A stretch of 64,000 bases of DNA from an uncultured Clostridia bacterium (GTDB lineage: Bacteria > Bacillota > Clostridia > Christensenellales > UBA1242), in contig CAKVHC010000002.1 in the NCBI GenBank assembly GCA_934747805.1, forward strand, positions 16,694 through 80,693, in the 5' to 3' direction. Below, in pieces: positions 41,966 through 49,295 of this stretch (its first letter is position 1; every line of letters begins with the position of its first letter). The notes beneath the pieces are model-generated. The model was not told the DNA's origin. It made no database searches and saw nothing but the letters and a program-made list of their open reading frames with translations. The translations under genes were made by a program, and so were the position numbers.

Positions 41966-43090
41966 TTAGTTTTTGGATGCTGTATTTTCAGTTTGAATTT
42001 GATTTTGTTGTGACTTGGCATAGTCTTGAGCTAGGCTAACGAAGTTGGCTCCAAGCAAGGTTTGACATGCCTTGTCCACGGTCATCTCGTGTGTGTGGTC
42101 GAGATAGTTTTGGAAGGTGGTTAGCATCTGCTCTTTTTCAGTTTTAGTAGAATTGTTGAATTTATCAATCCACCTGTCTGCAACGACTCTGCCGACGACG
42201 TATCTAAACATATGTGAACTGTTACTTTCAGACACCATTTTTTCAATACGGCTGGCAAGTTGTTTCCTGCCCGTGCGCATGTAATTGGTATAGAGTTTGT
42301 TAAGTGATTTTTCGCTCATATCTCCATTTAGGTCACGAATGATGTCGCTCTCTTCACGAACGACGTTGATGTCGTGTTGTAGACTGTTGCGTGCTCCTTG
42401 CTCGTAGTTTTGCATGTCTTCTTGTGTATAAATATTATTAGACAAGAGGTATTGATTAAATAGGGCTTCCACAATATGGCTTTCAATTTCACCAACACTT
42501 TGAGCGTCGGCTTTGAATCTAGTGTAGTCCTCAATTTCCTTTTTGCTTGCTCCACTACGTATGAGCTGGATGAGATGTTGGTGGTGCGAACTGAGAGCAT
42601 GAGCGGTTTCGTGAGCCGTCGTTCGTAGGTCGTCTAGCGAGCCATGTATGTAAATGTCAAAATTTAAATGCATATTTGACCCATTTTGCCCAACACTACT
42701 TGATCGATGGTCACCTTTTGGAACTTGTATAAATTGTACATGGCTGTTGCCGTTTTCGTCAATGAAATAGGGGTGAGTCTTGTCCAAAATTTGTTTGGCT
42801 TCATCTGCTTTTTGTGGCATACACTTATCAAAAAAATCTTTCACTAAATCAGTCCATTTCTTCTCGTCGAATGGTAAATCTCGATCGTGTTTGCAAGGGC
42901 CGGTTTTCAAACTATCCTCGATAATTGCCAGTGATTGCAACTTGCTAATATCTCCATTCGTCGACGCAGTTAAAAAGTCTAAAAACTCTTTTGAATGTCT
43001 GCACTTGTCCGCAAAACGACGTGCAAATTCGGTGTCAAATTTTTTGCTTGGTACGAATATTGATTTAACTTTATCAATAATATTTGCCAT
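41966..43090 (-). CDS. putative cytoplasmic zinc metallopeptidase (HExxH), family not recognised
   Basis: LRTTAHETAHALSSHH (HExxH) with a downstream GEIESH. No signal peptide. Confidence 0.45.
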   Translation of the reverse strand: MANIIDKVKSIFVPSKKFDTEFARRFADKCRHSKEFLDFLTASTNGDISKLQSLAIIEDSLKTGPCKHDRDLPFDEKKWTDLVKDFFDKCMPQKADEAKQILDKTHPYFIDENGNSHVQFIQVPKGDHRSSSVGQNGSNMHLNFDIYIHGSLDDLRTTAHETAHALSSHHQHLIQLIRSGASKKEIEDYTRFKADAQSVGEIESHIVEALFNQYLLSNNIYTQEDMQNYEQGARNSLQHDINVVREESDIIRDLNGDMSEKSLNKLYTNYMRTGRKQLASRIEKMVSESNSSHMFRYVVGRVVADRWIDKFNNSTKTEKEQMLTTFQNYLDHTHEMTVDKACQTLLGANFVSLAQDYAKSQQNQIQTENTASKN

Positions 43091-43250
43091 TGTTTCATCC
43101 TTATACGCCCATTATACATTAGTTGGAGTGTTATGTCAACCTTAAAAATTTATAGTTTAATTTTGACCAATCTCAAATCTTTGCATAATTGTTTTGAATA
43201 GTTATCTCGATATGTTACAATTAAAATATTAAACATAAAGGAGAAACAAA

Positions 43251-43547
43251 ATGCAAAATAAAGTTAAAATTTTTAATGAAAGTATGCAATGTCACAGGAC
43301 GCCAATGCCTTGCTCTGCTAGATTGCTAGATATTGTTAGCGAATTGGGCGAATTAGGTAAGGAATATTTGAAGGCAACGAAATATGGCACACAACCAATG
43401 GAACTAACCGAAGACTTCATCTTGGAATTTGGCGATGTTTTATACTCCTTACTCAGTCTTGCCAATGAAATGAACATTGATGCGAATGACGCATTAGACA
43501 AAGTGATAACTAAATATCAAAATAGAATAAACAAAATGGTAACCTAG
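43251..43547 (+). CDS. MazG-like nucleotide pyrophosphohydrolase (small single-domain type)
   Basis: LLDIVSELGELGKEYLK...EFGDVLYSLLSLANEMNIDANDALDKVITKYQNR is the typical MazG helical pattern. AAGGAG RBS. Confidence 0.7.
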   Translation: MQNKVKIFNESMQCHRTPMPCSARLLDIVSELGELGKEYLKATKYGTQPMELTEDFILEFGDVLYSLLSLANEMNIDANDALDKVITKYQNRINKMVT

Positions 43548-43644
43548 GAAGCGGTAGATAGTTAGTTGTTTCTATATTCAGGCTAAATTAACATATAATT
43601 GGATTAAAATAAAAAAAACAGGTTAAACCTATTTTTTAGCATCG

Positions 43645-43792
43645 TGGTGTCGAAGGCGGGACTTGTCTATGCGACGATAGTCGTATATTTCGGGTGGCGT
43701 CGAAGACGACGGGACCCCGAATACAAGGTGAAAGTCTCTTGATAGAGTAATATGAATAAAAAAAACAGGTGCAACCTGTTTAATTATAAATC
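43645..43792 (-). repeat. unit A: degenerate 21-nt tRNA-Leu T-loop-to-CCA copy plus hairpin module plus terminator hairpin
   Basis: tggtgtcgaaggcgggacttg (43645-43665; 2 mismatches to the tRNA end). The body is about 90 percent identical to 47858-47999. The hairpin module lies at 43678-43722. Confidence 0.7.
43757..43780 (-). terminator. rho-independent terminator downstream (minus strand) of the partial tRNA-Leu copy
   Basis: Minus strand reads ACAGGT-tgc-ACCTGT followed by T8. Confidence 0.55.
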
Positions 43793-43848
43793 TGGTGCCG
43801 AAGGTGGGACTTGAACCCACATGAAGTTGCCCTCGCAAGATTTTGAGT
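43793..43848 (-). repeat. perfect 56-nt copy of the 3-prime part of tRNA-Leu(CAA), anticodon loop to CCA (att-like direct repeat)
   Basis: Identical to 48042-48097. Identity stops exactly at the 5-prime edge of the anticodon loop. Confidence 0.9.
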
Positions 43849-44467
43849 TATTTATATGGTGTTTTGTTTGGTGTTGTTTCTTACTGTTTTGCATTAGTTA
43901 AAGCCTTATAGAAGTCCTATAAATAAAGGGAGTTCCGCATATTGATTCGTTATTTTATGTTATATTGTGTTATATGATATTTAGTCGTTGTTTTTAAGAG
44001 TTTCTCAAAAAGAGAGGGGTGAGTGGATTTGAAGGCGAAGGCGGAATAGCCATTTATTATTTCGTTATGTGGGGCAAAGATAGAATAGTTTCACCATGGT
44101 GTGCAAAAAAAATTTGGTTTAAAATTTACACTAAGGTGGGGCAAACCATTGGATTTTTTACTGACAATATGCTAACATATAAAAACAATCACAAACAAAA
44201 AGATTAAACCGCTTAATATAAAAATCTATAAAAATTTGCAAAATATAGACAAGGTAACCAAACAGGGAATAAACCAAAACCACTTAAAATTACCCATTAG
44301 TGTGCAATATTTTGGGCTAATTTTACCAAATTTATAGTTCGCTGCACTCTGTTGGTGGCACAATTAGCTTTTGCAAGACGCAAAAACACAGCCCCAAAGC
44401 AGTTTTGTGATTTATAAAATATTTATAAAATGGATACAAACAAAAAAGTAAGAATGAGGTAAAATTA

Positions 44468-47400
44468 ATGAAAAATTTTGATAAAAAAATAAATGCCGCC
44501 ATAATAATTACCGTGATCCTCGTTTTTAGCTTTTTTGGTGTTGAAATAGTGAAATTTGGTACTAACTTAAATAATTCAGAATTCCAAAAAGTTGCAAACG
44601 TTCACAGTCTTTCGGTGAGAAATGAGGCAAAAACGACAACGCAAGTAAACCTTGGCGACTATATAATTCTTGGCAAATACAATGGTAAAGACATTGTATG
44701 GAGGTGTGTAAGTAATGATGAAAGTGGCACACTTATGCTTGCCGACAGTATAATAGATATTTTTCCGTATGACGCCATTACAAGCGACAATAATCGCTCA
44801 AAATCTCACAGTCGTGATTATAGACGTGACACCTACGGCTCTAACTATTGGAAGGATAGCAATATGCGTTCGTGGTTAAACTCTATCGCTGAAGTGGGCG
44901 AGGTAAAGTGGCTATGTGGTAATCCTCCAAAAGAGAACCATGTAGACGGCAACGCTTACGACCAGAAAGCGGGATTTTTGAATGATTTTTTAAGGGCGGA
45001 AATTGCCGCAATTAAAACCGTTACCCAGCGTTCGCTTGTGTCGCACCCAGAATATAAGCGAGGAATTTATGATGGAGATGGCCGTTCAGATTTAGAATTA
45101 AATGCAGATATTCAAAATGTTGCCAAAAACTATGATAGTGTTTATGGCGAAAACTCAACCGAAAAGGTTTTTTTGCTTGATGTTAAGCAAGTAAACACCG
45201 TTTGGAGAAACCTTGGTAGTTATTATGTTGGAAAAAATGAGCAAGGTGCAAATTGGCCATATTGGTTAAGAACTCCGGTAACCGATTGCAATCACGATAT
45301 GCGGTATGTTCACAACAATGGAACAATAGGCAGAGAGTCGCCACAACGCAGTTATATTGGAGTTAGGCCTGCCTTTTATCTTGATACAGACTATTATGTG
45401 GCAACTTCTGGTAGCGGAACTAAAGCAAGTCCGTATATAGGCTCCGCTCCTAATAAAGTTGAGGCCGATTATACCGTTGCAGAGCCAAATGACGACCCAA
45501 ACCAAGAGTGGGACATAAGCACAGACCAAAAACTTACGCTTGACCTTGGTCCATACTATTCTAGTGATGGCAAATACTCAAATCCAACAATTCCTGTATA
45601 CACCATTCAAAAAACAAGAAGCGACACAGAAAATATGGTAATTGTTATTTGTGGCGAAGGATATACCAAAAGTCAACAACAAAAATTTATAAACGATGTA
45701 AAAAAAGTGTGGAGAGGTGCCATGCAATACGAACCCTATCGCAGTTTTGCTGATAGATTTAATGTGTATGCTCTTTGCACGGCGTCTGAGTCTAGTTTTG
45801 AAAACGGCGGAAGCACATTTTTTGATGTGGTTGTAGGTTCTAACAATTCTTCGTCTATATCAACCAATTTGGGAAATCGTTGGAAAAACCATATTTTTGA
45901 AAGGTGTATTGGTCCTACATTTATAGAGCAAATTCATGATTCACATATTCCTAACAACACAGACCACAACACAATGTATTGGAATGACGACGAGCAATAT
46001 CCACCATATTATTATGTGCATAATTATATAAACCAGTTTGCCTTGCTGGTTAATACTAGTCGAAACTTTGGAGATGCATATAACAATTTAAAATTTGGTT
46101 TTCATTATTTTATAACTCCATCGGATAGTTATCGCGCCAAGCAAGCTTTTGCACATGAGCTTGGTCACGGGTTGCTAGGGCTTGGCGATGAATATATGAC
46201 CAGTGCCAAACCAGAAACGGACTATACTTCGCTAAATGTGGCATATACTCCTAACCCAGAGCAAGTAAAGTGGAAAAAATTGCTAGGATTTAGAAAAACT
46301 TTTACTTGTAAAACAGCGGAAACTAATACTACTTACAATTCTAGTTATGAGTGTATTATGCGAGATACAAACTACCAGTTTTGTGAAGTTTGCAAATTGC
46401 AAGGGTACAAAAGATTATCTCAACTTGTAAGTGGCAAAAGCCTTTATGTTGCCGACCCCGAAGTAAAAAAATACACCGGTCAATATTCAGATTTGTCTGC
46501 CTTTGCAGATACTACATACAACGGATATGCAAACTTTGCAAGTTATCGCAATACGGTATTGCTTAGTGGTGTAGACAAAAACAAATTTAACAAAAATTTG
46601 GCTGGCGAAAAAATTGAACTCCGCACAATTGTTCAAAATCTGTCAGATAGTATAACCCGTTACATTACTATCAAAGTGTGGATAAAGCGGACAGACGGAA
46701 GTATAGCAACTACAACTGGCGGACAAAGGCTAGAAACCTCGCAAACATTTACCATTCCTATATGGGAAGAAAAAAGTAAGTTTTGGCCAAGGGGTGCTCT
46801 AGAATACAATGGCAGTGTTTTGGATTCAGGACTAGAAAATTGCTCAATAATTTACCAAATTCCGGCAGATGCCGACCTAAAAGAGGGCGATACTATTGCC
46901 TTTTTGATATCTGATGAAAATGGAAATGTTTTATCGCACGACAATATCGAAACGCAGTCGTACGCAAATGTTAATATAGAGTACAGGTTTGAAGACGGTA
47001 GTGAAATTCCTAATGTTTCAAAGGCCGTAATTCCTATGGCTGTTGGAAGCAATCTAAATTGGGAACCAGCTCAATCTTTTTATGGGAATACATTAAGTAG
47101 AGTAGAGGGGCTAAATCAAGTAGTAAGCGGTAGTGGTCAAACGGTAACATTCTATTATATCAAGCAAATCAACAACCATATTCATGATTGGGGAAAATGG
47201 GTAAGCAATAACAACGGTACGCACACCCGAACTTGCAAAACAGATAGTAGCCACACCCAAACAACCAATTGTTTTGGCGGAAAGGCAACATGCACAACAA
47301 AAGCGGTTTGTGAAGGTTGTAAAGAGGCATATGGAGAAATTGTTGCGCACAACATAACAAAATATGGTGGAAAAGATAGCACGGGGCATTGGGATACCTG

Positions 47401-47638
47401 CTCTACTTGTAATGGCAAGTTTAATTTTGAAGGGCATACCTACGACAGAGAATCTCCAGACGAAACCAACTCTGTAAAATGTACAAAGTGCGGATTGCTA
47501 ATTGCACCTGCAAAACAAAGAAAAGGGCTTTCTGGCAAAGCGGTAGCGGGTATTATAATTGGCTCGGTAGCGGTTGTTGTACTGGGAGGATTTGTTATTT
47601 GGTTGCGGTTAAAAAAAAGCCGTTGTAGAGTTAAATAA
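44468..47638 (+). CDS. membrane-anchored multidomain protein: DUF6273-like domain + M64 (IgA-peptidase-like) metalloprotease domain + Cys/His-rich repeats + C-terminal TM anchor
   Basis: N-terminal signal/anchor. DUF6273 pattern: WRCVSN..., NYWKDSNMRSWLNS, VFLLDVKQV, YWLRTP, GVRPAFYLD. M64-like motif FAHELGHGLLGLGDEY (46154-46195). HDWGKW...C...C repeats. C-terminal AVAGIIIGSVAVVVLGGFVIWL-RLKK. Confidence 0.7.
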   Translation: MKNFDKKINAAIIITVILVFSFFGVEIVKFGTNLNNSEFQKVANVHSLSVRNEAKTTTQVNLGDYIILGKYNGKDIVWRCVSNDESGTLMLADSIIDIFPYDAITSDNNRSKSHSRDYRRDTYGSNYWKDSNMRSWLNSIAEVGEVKWLCGNPPKENHVDGNAYDQKAGFLNDFLRAEIAAIKTVTQRSLVSHPEYKRGIYDGDGRSDLELNADIQNVAKNYDSVYGENSTEKVFLLDVKQVNTVWRNLGSYYVGKNEQGANWPYWLRTPVTDCNHDMRYVHNNGTIGRESPQRSYIGVRPAFYLDTDYYVATSGSGTKASPYIGSAPNKVEADYTVAEPNDDPNQEWDISTDQKLTLDLGPYYSSDGKYSNPTIPVYTIQKTRSDTENMVIVICGEGYTKSQQQKFINDVKKVWRGAMQYEPYRSFADRFNVYALCTASESSFENGGSTFFDVVVGSNNSSSISTNLGNRWKNHIFERCIGPTFIEQIHDSHIPNNTDHNTMYWNDDEQYPPYYYVHNYINQFALLVNTSRNFGDAYNNLKFGFHYFITPSDSYRAKQAFAHELGHGLLGLGDEYMTSAKPETDYTSLNVAYTPNPEQVKWKKLLGFRKTFTCKTAETNTTYNSSYECIMRDTNYQFCEVCKLQGYKRLSQLVSGKSLYVADPEVKKYTGQYSDLSAFADTTYNGYANFASYRNTVLLSGVDKNKFNKNLAGEKIELRTIVQNLSDSITRYITIKVWIKRTDGSIATTTGGQRLETSQTFTIPIWEEKSKFWPRGALEYNGSVLDSGLENCSIIYQIPADADLKEGDTIAFLISDENGNVLSHDNIETQSYANVNIEYRFEDGSEIPNVSKAVIPMAVGSNLNWEPAQSFYGNTLSRVEGLNQVVSGSGQTVTFYYIKQINNHIHDWGKWVSNNNGTHTRTCKTDSSHTQTTNCFGGKATCTTKAVCEGCKEAYGEIVAHNITKYGGKDSTGHWDTCSTCNGKFNFEGHTYDRESPDETNSVKCTKCGLLIAPAKQRKGLSGKAVAGIIIGSVAVVVLGGFVIWLRLKKSRCRVK

Positions 47639-47836
47639 AAAACAAAACGAACTTCTATTTTTTTGAAGTGAACCTTATAAAGTTATCTAACTTTTGGGTT
47701 TGCTTCTTTTTTCTTGGGTTCGTTTTGTTTTACTGAAAAGCACTTTTTGTGACACACGCCGCCACTTTGCTTAGTTTGAATGAATAAAAAGCCCAAACTA
47801 AACGCTTAATTAAAAGTATTCAGTTTAGACTCATGT

Positions 47837-48041
47837 TGGTGCCGAAGGTGGGACTTGTCTATGCGACGGTAGTCGTATATTTCGGGTGGCGTCGAAGACG
47901 ACGGGGACCCGAATCTATCTAAATATAGTCGTATATTTCGGGTGGCAACGGAGTTGACGGGGACCCGAATACAAGGTGAAAGACCCTCGATATGCTAAGT
48001 AAAAATAAAAAAACAGGTTAAACCCATTTTTCCAGTGTTCG
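47837..48041 (-). repeat. unit B: perfect 21-nt tRNA-Leu T-loop-to-CCA copy plus two tandem hairpin modules plus weak terminator-like hairpin
   Basis: tggtgccgaaggtgggacttg (47837-47857) is identical to 48042-48062. Modules lie at 47870-47914 and 47926-47970, a period of 56 nt. Confidence 0.75.
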
Positions 48042-48127
48042 TGGTGCCGAAGGTGGGACTTGAACCCACATGAAGTTGCCCTCGCAAGATTTTGAGTCTT
48101 GTGCGTCTGCCATTTCGCCACTTCGGC
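48042..48127 (-). tRNA. tRNA-Leu(CAA), class II, encoded CCA
   Basis: Minus strand reads GCCGAAG...CAAGA-CTCAAAA-TCTTG (anticodon CAA)...GTGGG-TTCAAGT-CCCAC-CTTCGGC-A-CCA. Confidence 0.92.
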
Positions 48128-48146
48128 ATATATTGAATGCTTTTTT

Positions 48147-48175
48147 AATATATCACATTATGACGATATTTGCAA
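48147..48175 (-). promoter_or_regulatory. sigma-A promoter of tRNA-Leu
   Basis: On the minus strand: TTGCAA (48175-48170), 17-nt spacer, TATATT (48152-48147), about 19 nt before the tRNA 5-prime end. Confidence 0.5.
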
Positions 48176-48359
48176 GTATTTTTTAGCAAATTTTTTCTGT
48201 GTAACAGTAGAATTTGGAAAATATCACTAAAAATGCTGGTTTTGTACAACTATGCGAACGAAAAAGTGTGTCAATTATTTTGCTAAAACAATATTTTATT
48301 GTATAATAAACAAGAATGAATATAATGTTGGACTATGCCAATAATTGTAAGGAGTATCA

Positions 48360-49295
48360 ATGGTTAGCGAACAAAACAAACTTTTCAATTTAAATCACAT
48401 CATAAATTGCAGTAAATCTGACATCATAAAACTGGTGAAGTCCAGCGAAAATTATCTCAAGAAACAGCTTATTGAAGTTACACGTGAAATATGTTCAAAG
48501 AATAGTGACATCAAGGTTGTGTGCATTGCAGGCCCATCGTGTGCTGGAAAAACGACCTTTATGCGAATGCTGTGCGAAAAAATGGTGACATTCGGTGCTG
48601 AGCCAATCATGGTTTCAACGGATAATTTCTATATTGACCGTGACAAAACGCCATTTTTGGAAGACGGCGTGACACGAGATTTTGAGTCGCTCCGAGCACT
48701 CAACTTGGAGCAGATGAATGAGTGCTTCCATGTTTTGCGTACACAACGCAAGTGCAAGTTCCCAATTTACGATTTCGTTTCCGGCAAAAACATACCTGAC
48801 CAGATTCCGATGACTCTCACCAAAAATACTGTCATTGTAATGGAAGGCATACATGCACTCAACCCAGAGGTTATTAGTGCACTCGACTTCAAAAATGTGT
48901 ACAAGATTTTTATCTCGCCGAACTCAAGTTTTGTGCTCAACAAAAAGACAGTAATAACTGGTGAACAATTACGCTTTATGCGCCGAATTACACGTGACAG
49001 AGTGGCTCGTGGATATTCACCTGAAAAAACCTATCTCACTTGGCCAAACGTGTTGGCGGCTGAACAGATCTACATCAATAAATACAAATACACTGCCAAT
49101 GCTATAATCGACACTACGCACGCATACGAACTCGTTTTGTACAAATACTATCTCTACAAGACACTTGCTGAGATGAATTACAGTGCGGAAGCGTTGTATC
49201 TGCACTATATTTTGAAAGACATTAAAGGCTATAGCAAAAAGATTGTGCCAGACTTCTCTTTGATGTGGGAATTTATGGTAAACAAGGAGGACTAA
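48360..49295 (+). CDS. uridine kinase / phosphoribulokinase-family P-loop nucleoside kinase-like protein
   Basis: Walker A IAGPSCAGKTT, ...STDNFY..., ...VIVMEGIHALNP..., ...RRITRDRVARG.... Confidence 0.6.
   Translation: MVSEQNKLFNLNHIINCSKSDIIKLVKSSENYLKKQLIEVTREICSKNSDIKVVCIAGPSCAGKTTFMRMLCEKMVTFGAEPIMVSTDNFYIDRDKTPFLEDGVTRDFESLRALNLEQMNECFHVLRTQRKCKFPIYDFVSGKNIPDQIPMTLTKNTVIVMEGIHALNPEVISALDFKNVYKIFISPNSSFVLNKKTVITGEQLRFMRRITRDRVARGYSPEKTYLTWPNVLAAEQIYINKYKYTANAIIDTTHAYELVLYKYYLYKTLAEMNYSAEALYLHYILKDIKGYSKKIVPDFSLMWEFMVNKED

Larger units (their letters stand above)
43849..48041. mobile_element. tRNA-Leu-associated genomic islet (about 4.2 kb), no integrase; probably an immobilised remnant
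   Basis: Bounded by intact tRNA-Leu (48042-48127) and its 56-nt 3-prime duplicate (43793-43848). Contains one large gene, 620 bp of non-coding DNA, and unit B. Confidence 0.65.

Noticed and set aside
43666-43792. Unit A/B bodies as genuine extra tRNA or tRNA-like genes
   Set aside because: Only the last 21 nt are tRNA-derived. No complementary 5-prime acceptor strand, D-arm, anticodon arm or T-stem 5-prime strand could be found.
44019-44207. 62-aa ORF inside the islet's non-coding segment
   Set aside because: It has no RBS, odd composition, and a GTG-type start from the ORF track. Probably spurious.
47639-47732. 14-bp perfect long-range inverted repeat (AAAACAAAACGAAC / GTTCGTTTTGTTTT) after the islet cargo gene as an invertible-element boundary
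   Set aside because: The arms are only about 66 nt apart and enclose no promoter-like sequence or gene. More likely a terminator or RNA-stability structure.
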